From Gammaproteobacteria bacterium (GTDB lineage: Bacteria; Pseudomonadota; Gammaproteobacteria; SZUA-152): DNA of 64,000 nt. The translations under genes were made by a program, and so were the position numbers. Within the stretch, counting starts at the first letter, position 1; every line of letters starts with the position of its first letter. Shown here piece after piece: positions 19,071-28,817 of this stretch. The notes below the pieces were generated by a model that was not told the DNA's origin, made no database searches, and saw nothing but the letters and a program-made list of their open reading frames with translations. The stretch spans positions 97,828 to 161,827 of the forward strand of contig JAKIUN010000001.1 of NCBI GenBank assembly GCA_021647505.1. Reading direction: 5' to 3'.

Positions 19071-19087
19071 ATGTATTCTGAATATAT
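19071..19087. promoter_or_regulatory. Candidate NsrR/Rrf2 operator (imperfect 8-1-8 AT-rich palindrome)
   Basis: ATGTATTC-T-GAATATAT (7 of 8 positions symmetric) in the divergent nsrR/haemoglobin intergenic region. It resembles AT-rich NsrR half-sites only loosely. Confidence 0.3.
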
Positions 19088-19165
19088 ATAATATGCTCGG
19101 GTTGTCGATGTCAAGGTAGCCAAGGTAAAAGGACTACAACGGGTCATAATGATAGGAATGCACTG

Positions 19166-19630
19166 ATGCAACTGACACTACATACCGATTATTCCCTACG
19201 GGTATTGATTTACCTTGCCCAAAAAGGAGACGCCCTGTCGACCATTAGCGAGGTCGCCAGCTTTTATGCGATTTCACGTAATCATCTGGTGAAAGTCGTG
19301 CATCATCTGGCCGGCGCCAATTTTATCCAAACCCTGCGTGGCAAGAACGGGGGCATGCGCCTGGCACGGGCGCCGGAAGAAATCTCGGTGGGCGACGTGG
19401 TGCGGCAGATGGAGCCCAACTTTGATATTGTGGAGTGCTTTAATGCGGGTAAGAGCACCGGCAATCGCTCCTGTGCTGTCGCCTCCATCTGCGCACTGAA
19501 AAATGTACTGCAGAAGGCCAGCCGTGAATTTCTCTCCCTGCTGGATGGCTATTCACTGGCCGATGCCGTCGCTGGTGGCAGGCAGGCGGAGATTGTTTTT
19601 CCATTGGAACAGTTCAAACGCGTCCGGTAG
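19166..19630 (+). CDS. nsrR: Rrf2-family regulator, NsrR-like
   Basis: MQLTLHTDYSLRVLIYLA winged helix. Three C-terminal Cys (VEC...RSCAVASIC) suited to an Fe-S cluster. Divergent from the globin operon. Confidence 0.8.
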   Translation: MQLTLHTDYSLRVLIYLAQKGDALSTISEVASFYAISRNHLVKVVHHLAGANFIQTLRGKNGGMRLARAPEEISVGDVVRQMEPNFDIVECFNAGKSTGNRSCAVASICALKNVLQKASREFLSLLDGYSLADAVAGGRQAEIVFPLEQFKRVR

Positions 19631-19634
19631 CTGC

Positions 19635-21596
19635 TTAAATCGCCGCAGCTGCGGGCTGTTGCGGGTTATGGGCCGTCGGTAGTGGCGTATTAATTGCCTT
19701 CAGAATGTCGTTGATGGTACCCAACTGCTGCATAAGATCCTCACTCTGGGCCTCTAGCAGGGCGATATTTTCCGCAAGCTTTTCCCGTGATTTCTTTATT
19801 TTTTGCAGATTGGCGAGGCGTTTTTCCAGCTGTTGCTTGCGTTCCCTGATGCGTACCGCCAGCGGGCGCATGACCGAGCCCGCCCAGTCCTCGGCGTCCT
19901 GATTGGCGCGAAAGAAAATATTGCGCGCATGGCTCACCATCGAGACGAAGAATTTCTTTACCACGAAACTCTGCTCAGTCATGGTGGTGACGCTGCTATT
20001 GCGGAATTCTTCGGCCTTTTTGTACAGCTGATCCAGCTCGCGGGTGTACGAAGCTGTCGCAAACAAGCTGGGATTAAGGTTGGAAAAGCCGTGTTCGTCG
20101 CGGAAACGGTCATAAATGGACTGGACGATGGCGTTAGATTTTTCGGTCTGGTGGTTGACGTGAGTCATGGTGTCCCGCGCGCCGTCAAAAAAGGTTTTCA
20201 TACCGCCTTTCATGCCGAGGGTGGTCCAGCTGTCGACCATCCCGGCACGGGTTTTGGCGATCAAGTGATCCAGTGAGTCGAGCCCCAGGGATTCCACCAG
20301 GGCAATAAGCTGGCGTTTCAGCACATGGCGGCTGGTCTGGAAGTTTTCCACGTCCTTCTGATAAATATTCTGTTCCATGCGCAGTTTCTGCATGGTTTCC
20401 ATGAGCACGTCTGCGCTTTTTCCGGAGAGGGAGCGCAATTCATCCATCTGTGTCTGGATGTCATCCAGACGTTGAGTGAGCACTCCCTTGGTGCCTTCGA
20501 TCATGGCGCCGATGCGTGAGGTGATGTTGCTGCCTAGCAGCTGTTGCTTGGCGGGCAGGACTTCATTGGAGAGCGTTGCTTCCAGCGCCAGCAGGCCGCT
20601 CTTCTGCAGCAGGGCATCGTCGTTCTTGACCCGTGCCAACAATCCTTTTTGGGCGGTCACCGGGTAGACGTTTCGGCTTTCCACGCCCAGTATGTCGGCG
20701 GTATCGCTGCACTGTTTGTCGATATTGCGCTGTACGGCGGCCTCATCCTGCAATTCATCCCACAGGGTGTCTATCTTGTTCAGTACCACGATGAGTCCCG
20801 TCTGGCGATTGCCACGGAAGGTTCGTGCATGGGTATTCCAGATATCTATATCGCTCTTGGTGGCTCCGGTATCGGCTGCCAGCACAAAGATGACTGCCTG
20901 GGCGTTGGGCAACATGTCCATGGTGAGTTCAGGTTCGGTGCCTATGGCGTTGAGGCCGGGGGTGTCAAGGATCACCAGGCCCTGTTTCAGCAGGGGGTGG
21001 GGAAAGCTGATCATGACATGGCGCCACAGGGGAATTTCGATGCTGACCGGTGGCACCTCGGCCTTTTTTTGTTCTTCTCGGGTGTAGAGGCCGAGCTGAA
21101 TGGCGTTGTCAACGGGAACGGGCTTGGTCTTGATGATTTCCTGAAAGGCCTCGACCATGGCTTGTGGGGAATCGATATCGAGATCGATACTGATCCAGTG
21201 TGCGGGATCCTGCTTGAATTCGCTGATGCTGGTGTCTTCGAGGCGCGTTTCGATGGGTAGCATGCGGATGTAAGGTTTGTCCGTCTTGGCATCGTGAAAC
21301 AGTTCGGTGGGACACATGGTAGTGCGACCCGCCGAGGAGGGCAGCAGCCGTCGTTTATAATTGGCGAAGAAAATGGCGTTGATCAGCTCGGTCTTGCCAC
21401 GTGAGAACTCGGCGGCAAAACCGATGGTGATGTGGTCGGATTCCAGTGCATCAATAATTTCATAGATGCGCAAATCATCTTCCGGAGAACTCATGTCGTG
21501 TGCCGCCAGCCAGTCACGATAGGCGGTGATTTGGCGCCTGGTATTGTCCTTCCAGCGGCTATAGGCGTTGAGTTGTTGTGTGAATTGTTCCTTCAC
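19635..21596 (-). CDS. Bacterial dynamin-like GTPase
   Basis: G1 FSRGKTELINAIF; G3 ILDTPGLNAIG; G4 VLNKID. Long helical C-terminal stalk. 653 aa. Confidence 0.8.
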   Translation of the reverse strand: MKEQFTQQLNAYSRWKDNTRRQITAYRDWLAAHDMSSPEDDLRIYEIIDALESDHITIGFAAEFSRGKTELINAIFFANYKRRLLPSSAGRTTMCPTELFHDAKTDKPYIRMLPIETRLEDTSISEFKQDPAHWISIDLDIDSPQAMVEAFQEIIKTKPVPVDNAIQLGLYTREEQKKAEVPPVSIEIPLWRHVMISFPHPLLKQGLVILDTPGLNAIGTEPELTMDMLPNAQAVIFVLAADTGATKSDIDIWNTHARTFRGNRQTGLIVVLNKIDTLWDELQDEAAVQRNIDKQCSDTADILGVESRNVYPVTAQKGLLARVKNDDALLQKSGLLALEATLSNEVLPAKQQLLGSNITSRIGAMIEGTKGVLTQRLDDIQTQMDELRSLSGKSADVLMETMQKLRMEQNIYQKDVENFQTSRHVLKRQLIALVESLGLDSLDHLIAKTRAGMVDSWTTLGMKGGMKTFFDGARDTMTHVNHQTEKSNAIVQSIYDRFRDEHGFSNLNPSLFATASYTRELDQLYKKAEEFRNSSVTTMTEQSFVVKKFFVSMVSHARNIFFRANQDAEDWAGSVMRPLAVRIRERKQQLEKRLANLQKIKKSREKLAENIALLEAQSEDLMQQLGTINDILKAINTPLPTAHNPQQPAAAAI

Positions 21597-21853
21597 CTTG
21601 CCTACCTTTATCGTTGCAAAGAGTTTTGAAGCAATGACGGTGCGCAGAGCGATACGTCGATATCAATAACGGCCGGTGAGTGAGGAAGTTTAGAGGGATA
21701 TGAACGGCTCAGGCGGTGAAGGTAGAGGTGATCGATACACAGCCGTTTGTTGCGCCCGCTCTTGCCGCAGAGCAGGCCTTTCTGCGCATGTGGCGCACCA
21801 AGTACCCTGAAATTTGAATTGGGCACTGAGGGCCGGCACATTGTTGTCCCCAC

Positions 21854-22435
21854 TTACCCGGTAATCAGTCCTCGGCCCAGATCCTGGATGGGAGTGACGA
21901 GGAGAATTTCGAGTAATTGCAGGCCGATAAGCACCAGAATAGGTGACAGGTCAAAGCCGGAAATAGGCGGCAGAATGCGCCGCGCCCGACCCAGCAGGGG
22001 TTCGTTAAGGCTGTGGATCAGCGCTACGGCGGGGTTGTAGTTGCCGGGACTGACCCAGCTGAGGATGACCTGGATCAGGATGGTGAAAAAATAGATAGTG
22101 AACAACAGTGACAATAGCCCGGCCAGGGTGAGCACCAGCAGCCCCAGCGGCTGGATGCCGAAGCCTTGCACGGCGGCAATGAGCAACAGCTGGGTCGCCT
22201 GCAACGCGATCAGCAATACGATACTCGCCATATCGATGCCCATGATGCCTGGAATAATGCGGCGCAGGGGCAGTAATGGCGGGTTGGTGACCTTGACCAG
22301 AAACTGTGACACCGGGTTGTAGAAATCGGCCCGCACTATGGCCAGCAGGAAGCGTAACATCACGGCGCCTGCATACAGGCCAAACAGGGTCTGAATCAGA
22401 AAGGTTCCGGCATTGCCGGCGTATGAGCCACCCAT
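21854..22435 (-). CDS. yggT: YggT-family membrane protein
   Basis: Two YGGT-type hydrophobic repeats. Canonical position after proC. Confidence 0.85.
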   Translation of the reverse strand: MGGSYAGNAGTFLIQTLFGLYAGAVMLRFLLAIVRADFYNPVSQFLVKVTNPPLLPLRRIIPGIMGIDMASIVLLIALQATQLLLIAAVQGFGIQPLGLLVLTLAGLLSLLFTIYFFTILIQVILSWVSPGNYNPAVALIHSLNEPLLGRARRILPPISGFDLSPILVLIGLQLLEILLVTPIQDLGRGLITG

Positions 22436-23265
22436 TATGTTTCGTCCAGCAGTTTGGCCAACTCTCGCGAGCGGTCGCGGGCGGCCTTCAGCACCTTGTC
22501 CAACAGGGCGTCGATATCACCTGCCTCCATCGCCTTCAGGCCCTGCTCGGTGGTGCCGCCGGGCGAGGTAACGCGCTTGCGTAGGGCCGCGATAGGTTCG
22601 CTGCTCTCCAAGGCCATACGGGCGGCGCCGAGGGCGGTTTGCAGGGTCAGCAGGCGGGCGCTCTGCGCAGGCAACCCTTGTTCAACAGCAGCCCGCTCCA
22701 GGCCCTCCATGATGCGGAAGAAATAGGCCGGGCCGCTGCCGGAGAGGGCGGTAACCGTGTCCATTTGCGCCTCATCGTCGACCCACAGTGTGAGGCCGGT
22801 GGCACGCATAATGGCTTCGGCCAGATCGCGCTGTTGCGCGGAGACACCAGCGCTGGCATACAGGCCGGTGGCGCCGGATTGCAGCAGCGCCGGGGTGTTG
22901 GGCATGGCGCGTACAATGGCTGGGTTGGCGCCGCCCAGCCAACGCCTGAGGCTGTCGGTACGCACCCCAGCGGCCACGGAAACGACCAGCGGTTGCCTAC
23001 GCTGCACGGTATCGATGAGGTCTTTACAGGCCTCGTGCAATACCTGTGGTTTGACCGCCAGAACGATGACGTCGGCGCTGTCGGCGCAGGCGGCGTTGTC
23101 CTCACGGGTCTGCACACCGAATTGGGCGGCGAGGCGTTCCCGCTGGGCGGCGTCGCGGTCGGCGACGCACAGGCGGGCGGGAGAAACGTGGTCGGCCAGC
23201 AGACCACCGATGAGACTGGTGGCCATGTTGCCACCACCGATGAAGGCAATATTGACGTCTTTCAT
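22435..23265 (-). CDS. proC: Pyrroline-5-carboxylate reductase
   Basis: MKDVNIAFIGGGNMATSLIGGL Rossmann motif; C-terminal SPGGTTEQGL motif. Confidence 0.95.
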   Translation of the reverse strand: MKDVNIAFIGGGNMATSLIGGLLADHVSPARLCVADRDAAQRERLAAQFGVQTREDNAACADSADVIVLAVKPQVLHEACKDLIDTVQRRQPLVVSVAAGVRTDSLRRWLGGANPAIVRAMPNTPALLQSGATGLYASAGVSAQQRDLAEAIMRATGLTLWVDDEAQMDTVTALSGSGPAYFFRIMEGLERAAVEQGLPAQSARLLTLQTALGAARMALESSEPIAALRKRVTSPGGTTEQGLKAMEAGDIDALLDKVLKAARDRSRELAKLLDET

Positions 23266-23314
23266 GGGGGCTTACGATACTGAGTTATTGCCGTTTGCGC
23301 CATGCCCTACGCGT

Positions 23315-24031
23315 CTATTTTCGCGCCCCGAAGATATCACTGCCCACGCGCACGAGGGTGGCGCCTTCGGCGATGGCTGCTTCCAGGTCACCGGACATGC
23401 CCATGGACAGGGTGTCCAACGCAAGACCGTCTGCGTTGAGCTGGTCGAATGCCTCTCGCAAGCAGTGGAAGGCGGCACGCTGGCGTTCAAAATCATCTTC
23501 CCAGGCGGGAATCGCCATCAGTCCGCGCAAACGCAGGCCAGGCAAGGCGTTAACACCGGCAGCCAGCAGGGGCAATGCATCGAGCCCGGTGCCGGACTTT
23601 GCCGCCTCGCCGCTGATGTTGACCTGTAGACAGACATTCAGTGGCAATAGATCCCGTGGACGCTGGGCGCTGAGACGCCGGGCGATCTTTTCGCGATCCA
23701 CGCTATGCACCCAGTCGAAATAACGGGCGATGGGCCGGGTCTTGTTGGACTGGATAGGGCCGATAAAATGCCACGCCAGGCTTAGCCCGGTCAGTGCTTG
23801 CTGCTTGTCCAGCGCCTCTTGCAGATAGCTTTCACCGAAGGCGCGGTAGCCGGCGGAGGCCAGCTGCACGATGTCGGCTACTGGGCGGGTCTTGCTTACT
23901 GGCAGCAATTGTACGCAACCCGGTGAACGCCCAAAGCGTGTTTCAGCCTCGCGGATACGTCGTTCGACATGGGCGAGGCGCTGCTTGAGTAATTGATGGG
24001 TGATCACAGAACGGATTTCCGGCATGGTCAA
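23315..24031 (-). CDS. yggS: PLP-binding homeostasis protein YggS
   Basis: LLPVSKTRP (PLP lysine) and HFIGPIQSNK motifs. Lies in yggS-proC-yggT synteny. Confidence 0.9.
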   Translation of the reverse strand: MTMPEIRSVITHQLLKQRLAHVERRIREAETRFGRSPGCVQLLPVSKTRPVADIVQLASAGYRAFGESYLQEALDKQQALTGLSLAWHFIGPIQSNKTRPIARYFDWVHSVDREKIARRLSAQRPRDLLPLNVCLQVNISGEAAKSGTGLDALPLLAAGVNALPGLRLRGLMAIPAWEDDFERQRAAFHCLREAFDQLNADGLALDTLSMGMSGDLEAAIAEGATLVRVGSDIFGARK

Positions 24032-24168
24032 CAGGTTGTAATATGCGTTATGTTTAGTACCCGGGTGGGCGGTGGTTCCGTAAAGGATTCTACCGCATAG
24101 GTCGTTATGCTCGGGCAGTACAACGCCTTTTTATTCTCCAAGATCGCAATAAACGCAGGAACCCATGC

Positions 24169-25206
24169 ATGGATATCTCTGAACTGCTTGCCTTCAGCGT
24201 CAAGAACAACGCGTCGGATTTGCACCTCTCTGCAGGTGAGCCACCGATGATCCGTGTCGACGGTGAGATCCGTCGCATCAATGTGCCGAATATGGATCAC
24301 AAGATGGTGCACGCACTGATCTACGACATCATGAACGACAAGCAGCGTAAGGATTATGAGGAATTTCTTGAGACCGACTTCTCCTTCGAGATCCCCGATC
24401 TGGCGCGCTTTCGTGTCAATGCTTTCAATCACCAGCGAGGCGCCGGCGCGGTGTTTCGTACCATTCCCAGCACCATCCTCAATCTTGAACAACTGGGTTG
24501 TCCGCAGATCTTCGAGTCCATCTCAGAGACGCCGCGTGGTCTGGTGTTGGTGACCGGGCCGACGGGATCTGGCAAATCCACCACCCTGGCGGCGATGATC
24601 GATTACAAGAATGACACCGACCATGGCCACATCCTCACCATCGAGGATCCCATCGAATTCGTGCACAAATCGAAGAAGTCGCTGATCAACCAGCGTGAAG
24701 TACATCGCCACACCCTGGGCTTCAACGAGGCCCTGCGTTCGGCGCTGCGAGAAGATCCGGATGTGATCCTGGTCGGTGAAATGCGCGACCCGGAAACCAT
24801 CCGCCTGGCGCTGACTGCGGCGGAAACCGGCCATCTGGTGTTCGGCACCTTGCACACCAGCTCTGCGGCCAAGACCATCGACCGTATTATTGACGTGTTT
24901 CCGGCGGCGGAAAAGGAAATGGTGCGCTCAATGCTGTCCGAGTCGCTACGTGCCGTTATCTCGCAGACTCTGATGAAAAAGGTTGGCGGCGGACGTATCG
25001 CAGCACACGAAATCATGTTGGGCACGCCGGCCATCCGCAACCTGATCCGCGAGGCCAAGGTGGCGCAGATGTATTCGTCCATCCAGACCGGCCAAGGCCT
25101 CGGTATGCAAACCCTGGATCAAAACCTGCAAGCACTGCTGCAGAAGGGTATCATCACCAAACAGGAAGCGGCCCACAAGGCCGCCCACAAAGATACCTTC
25201 TTGTAG
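24169..25206 (+). CDS. pilT: Type IV pilus retraction ATPase PilT
   Basis: Walker A GPTGSGKST; Walker B DVILVGEMRD; PilT signature AIRNLIREAK. Confidence 0.95.
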   Translation: MDISELLAFSVKNNASDLHLSAGEPPMIRVDGEIRRINVPNMDHKMVHALIYDIMNDKQRKDYEEFLETDFSFEIPDLARFRVNAFNHQRGAGAVFRTIPSTILNLEQLGCPQIFESISETPRGLVLVTGPTGSGKSTTLAAMIDYKNDTDHGHILTIEDPIEFVHKSKKSLINQREVHRHTLGFNEALRSALREDPDVILVGEMRDPETIRLALTAAETGHLVFGTLHTSSAAKTIDRIIDVFPAAEKEMVRSMLSESLRAVISQTLMKKVGGGRIAAHEIMLGTPAIRNLIREAKVAQMYSSIQTGQGLGMQTLDQNLQALLQKGIITKQEAAHKAAHKDTFL

Positions 25207-25233
25207 GTAAATACAACAGACGCTGGACAACTG

Positions 25234-26388
25234 ATGGCGACGAAGAACTTCGATATTCTCCGGGATTTTACTTCACTGCTGAAAATGATGGTGCGCAAGG
25301 ATGCATCAGACCTGTTCGTCACCGCCGGTGTGCCGCCCAGCTTGAAGATCAATGGCAGCATTGCACCTATCTCGGACGTGTCCCTGAATGCGGATCAGGT
25401 GCGCAAACTTGCCTATTCCATCATGAATGAATCCCAACGAGCGGAGTTCGATCATACGCAGGAATGCAATTTCGCCATCGCCTTGCCGGATACCGGACGT
25501 TTCCGTGCCAACGTCTTCCAGCAGAAGAACCATGCCGGCATCGTCCTGCGTCGCATCAAGATCGAGATTCCGACCTTTGCCGAACTGGGTATTCCTCAAG
25601 TGCTGGAAAGCCTGGCCATGGCCAAACGCGGTATGGTGATCATTGTCGGTGCTACCGGCACCGGCAAGTCCAGCACCCTGGCGTCGATGATCGGCCACCG
25701 CAACCGCCACAGCCATGGTCACATCATCACCGTCGAAGACCCCATCGAATACGTGCACGAGCACAACGGTTGCATCATTACCCAGCGAGAAGTCGGCGTC
25801 GATACGGCGAGCTTCGAAGCGGCCCTGCGCAATACCCTGCGCCAGGCGCCGGACGTTATTCTCATCGGCGAGGTGCGTACCCGCGAGACCATGGAGCACG
25901 CCATCGCCTTTGCCGAAACCGGCCACCTCTGCGTCACCACCCTGCATGCCAATAATGCCAACCAGGCCCTGGATCGCATCCTCAGCTTTTTCCCCAAGGA
26001 TCGGCGCGAGCAGATTTTGCTGGATCTCTCACTCAACCTGCGCGCCATCGTCGCCCAGCAGCTCATTCCGACACCCGACCAGCAGGGCCGCTGTGTTGCC
26101 GTCGAAATATTGATGAATACACCGCTGGTGGCACAGATGATCCGCGACGGCAATGTGGCCACCCTGAAGGATGTCATGAGCAAGTCCAATCAGCAGGGCA
26201 TGAACACCTTCGACCAAGCCCTGTACGAACTCTACAAGGCGCGACAGATCACCTACGAAGCGGCCCTGCATCATGCCGACTCGGCCAACGAATTGCGTTT
26301 GATGATTAAACTGGGAAAAAAGGCAGGGTTGAAAAAAATGGAAGCATCGCTAAACGGCGTTACACTGGTAAACATTGATCAGTTGTAA
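25234..26388 (+). CDS. pilU: PilT-family ATPase PilU
   Basis: GATGTGKSS and DVILIGEVRT motifs. A second paralogue immediately downstream of pilT. Confidence 0.9.
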   Translation: MATKNFDILRDFTSLLKMMVRKDASDLFVTAGVPPSLKINGSIAPISDVSLNADQVRKLAYSIMNESQRAEFDHTQECNFAIALPDTGRFRANVFQQKNHAGIVLRRIKIEIPTFAELGIPQVLESLAMAKRGMVIIVGATGTGKSSTLASMIGHRNRHSHGHIITVEDPIEYVHEHNGCIITQREVGVDTASFEAALRNTLRQAPDVILIGEVRTRETMEHAIAFAETGHLCVTTLHANNANQALDRILSFFPKDRREQILLDLSLNLRAIVAQQLIPTPDQQGRCVAVEILMNTPLVAQMIRDGNVATLKDVMSKSNQQGMNTFDQALYELYKARQITYEAALHHADSANELRLMIKLGKKAGLKKMEASLNGVTLVNIDQL

Positions 26389-26434
26389 GTTTTTCCATGT
26401 GAGTACTCCATAGACAAATCAGGGAGATGATACG

Positions 26435-26689
26435 GTGCTCGGTTTTCAATCTGTTTTCAGAATTTTCACCGCAGTCGTTTTACTCACGGCGGTGATGCCT
26501 TTGCTGGCGGCCAGTGTGCGCACGGAAGCCTTGGTAACGCTCTATTCAGAAGGTAAGGCAGTCGTGACCTATGAGGCCGTTGATGCCGGTCATGCCGATG
26601 GTAATTGCTATATTTTTCATGTCAGAAAGGGTGTGCGGGACGTGGAGGTGCGGGTGTGTGGTACCTACACCGTGGAGAAAATCCGCTAA
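26435..26689 (+). CDS. Small exported hypothetical protein
   Basis: GTG start with AGGGAG upstream. Signal-like FRIFTAVVLLTAVMPLLAAS. No family recognised. Confidence 0.4.
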   Translation: MLGFQSVFRIFTAVVLLTAVMPLLAASVRTEALVTLYSEGKAVVTYEAVDAGHADGNCYIFHVRKGVRDVEVRVCGTYTVEKIR

Positions 26690-26845
26690 GTGATTGTTTG
26701 CGCGCATCGCGGTGCTGACATGCCGGACTATCACGGGCATAGCCCGCTCAGGGGGTTCTCTGCGCGGTCGAGGAAAAGTTCTTCTACTGGCATCGATGGG
26801 CCGCAGTACTTCCCTGCTTGGCGCCCTGTGCGACATGAGCCGGCG

Positions 26846-27586
26846 TCAATCGACATAAGGGCCGTGCTGATATATGGGTTCCCCGTGGGGACGCCCCAGG
26901 CACAACATGAGCCGGCAACCGACCTCTGAATCCATCACAATACGTGAGACATCGGTGACGAAACAGGCGCTGCCGGCATCGATATCCTGACCGGAAACCC
27001 ACGCCTGCCCTTGCAGCAGATAGGCTAGGCCGGTAAAGCCCTCGGGCAGTATTTCCGCAAAGTGGCCACCCGCCTCTAGCCGCAGTTCGCTATAGTGGAC
27101 AATGCTCTGCAGTTGCAGCGGCGAGCCCTCGCCAACAATAGTTTTCTTCCAGCCCGTCTCGAAATGCTCAATAGGAAAGGCATCGGCATCCACCTGTTGA
27201 TAGGCTGGGGTGGTGTCTTTCAGCCGCCCGGGCAGGTTGATCCACAGCTGGATACCGGTGTTGTCGCCAATACCACCGGGCATTTCTGAATGCACAATGC
27301 CCCGCCCAGCGGTAAAGCGCTGCGCTCCACCGGCCGTGACCGTGGACTGGTTGCCGAGGTTGTCGGTGTGTTGCATGCTGCCATCCAGCATATAAGTGAT
27401 GGCCTCGAAACCGCGATGCGGGTGGTCAGGAAAACCTGTGCCGGGAGCCACGCTGAAGTGATCCCAAAGCACAAAGGGATCAAGATTGCGCAGCCCCGGC
27501 ACGGGGAACAGGCGCTTCACCGTGACGCCCGACCCCTCCAGGGTTTCCACCGCCGCATGGCTAATGGCCTTTCCGTTCATGCTCAT
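26846..27586 (-). CDS. Pirin-family protein
   Basis: Cupin metal motif FPDHPHRGFEAITYMLDG. Bicupin length. Confidence 0.9.
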   Translation of the reverse strand: MSMNGKAISHAAVETLEGSGVTVKRLFPVPGLRNLDPFVLWDHFSVAPGTGFPDHPHRGFEAITYMLDGSMQHTDNLGNQSTVTAGGAQRFTAGRGIVHSEMPGGIGDNTGIQLWINLPGRLKDTTPAYQQVDADAFPIEHFETGWKKTIVGEGSPLQLQSIVHYSELRLEAGGHFAEILPEGFTGLAYLLQGQAWVSGQDIDAGSACFVTDVSRIVMDSEVGCRLMLCLGRPHGEPIYQHGPYVD

Positions 27587-27612
27587 GTCGTACTTCTCCT
27601 CAGTGGTTGTTG

Positions 27613-28608
27613 TTATTGCCGATGCTGTCGATTGTGCGAGGCATCCAGATCCAGTCGGGGCCCCAGCGGTACGATCCGCGTCGGGTTGATGCTGGTATGA
27701 CTGTAATAGTAGTGTTGCTTAATGTGTGTGAAATCGACCGTTTCGGCAATACCCGGCAGTTGGTACAGCTCACGTAGATAGCCGGACAGGTTGGGGTAAT
27801 CGGCAATGCGCCGCAGATTGCACTTGAAGTGACCGACGTAGACGGCATCAAAACGCACCAGGGTGGTGAACAGCCGCCAGTCGGCCTCGGTGATCTGTGT
27901 GCCGGCCAGATAGCGCCGGCTGGCGAGGCGCTGCTCCAGTTCGTCCAGGGCATCGAACAGGTGCCGGAAGGCCCGCTCGTAGGCCGTCTGGCTTGCCGCA
28001 AAACCGGTGCGGTAAACACCGTTGTTGATGTTGCCGTAGATGAAACCATTGATGCTGTCGATGTCTTCCCGCAGGGCCTTCGGGTAGTAATCAGGCCCAC
28101 TGGCACCGCAGGTATCGAAGGCGCTGTTGAGCATGCGGATGATTTCCGAGGACTCATTGTTGACAATGGTCTGGCGCTGTTTGTCCCACAGCACCGGCAC
28201 GGTAACGATGCCAGTGTAGTCAGGCTGGGCCAGGGTATAGATCTGGTGCATGAAATCAAAACTATTGGCATCATCGTCGGTGGTGCCGGTGAAGGGCTCA
28301 CCGCCGGCACTGGCGAATTTCCAGCCTGCGTCACCCATATCCGGGTGTACCACCGATAGCGAAACCCTGTCCTCCAGCCCCTTCAGTTTGCGGAAAATCA
28401 AGGTACGGTGGGCCCAAGGGCAGGCGAGGGAGATGTACAAATGGTAGCGCCCCGGTTCGGCCTTGAAGCCACCTTCACCGCTGGGGCCGGCGCTGCCATC
28501 CGCGCTGATCCAGTGACGGAACTGGGAATCCTGGCGGATGAACTCGCCGTCTTTTCGCTCGGACTCCAGCCATTGCTCGCGGAGAGCACCATTGATCAGC
28601 AAACTCAT
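27613..28608 (-). CDS. yqjG: Glutathionyl-hydroquinone reductase (Xi-class GST, YqjG-like)
   Basis: Active-site CPWAHRTLIFRKLKGL. 331 aa. Confidence 0.9.
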   Translation of the reverse strand: MSLLINGALREQWLESERKDGEFIRQDSQFRHWISADGSAGPSGEGGFKAEPGRYHLYISLACPWAHRTLIFRKLKGLEDRVSLSVVHPDMGDAGWKFASAGGEPFTGTTDDDANSFDFMHQIYTLAQPDYTGIVTVPVLWDKQRQTIVNNESSEIIRMLNSAFDTCGASGPDYYPKALREDIDSINGFIYGNINNGVYRTGFAASQTAYERAFRHLFDALDELEQRLASRRYLAGTQITEADWRLFTTLVRFDAVYVGHFKCNLRRIADYPNLSGYLRELYQLPGIAETVDFTHIKQHYYYSHTSINPTRIVPLGPRLDLDASHNRQHRQ

Positions 28609-28817
28609 TATGTTGTGTCCTGTACCGTGCTTTGGTGGTTGATACCCACTACACGGGCAGGTGTTACAGGCCTTATGCGTCCACTCGGGTTGAATTTTTG
28701 TTGCATTTTCTTTCTCCCATATCTGGTTTGCGTAAGCCCTATTATGGTTCGTTAAAATGAATATAAAAGCGCATATACTTGCTAGTAATTATCGATTATT
28801 TAGATACTATGTGAGCT

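Noticed and set aside
22639-23629. Two overlapping plus-strand ORFs (214 and 290 aa) and a 200-aa alternative minus frame
   Set aside because: They are shadows of proC and yggS, both of which have clear motifs.
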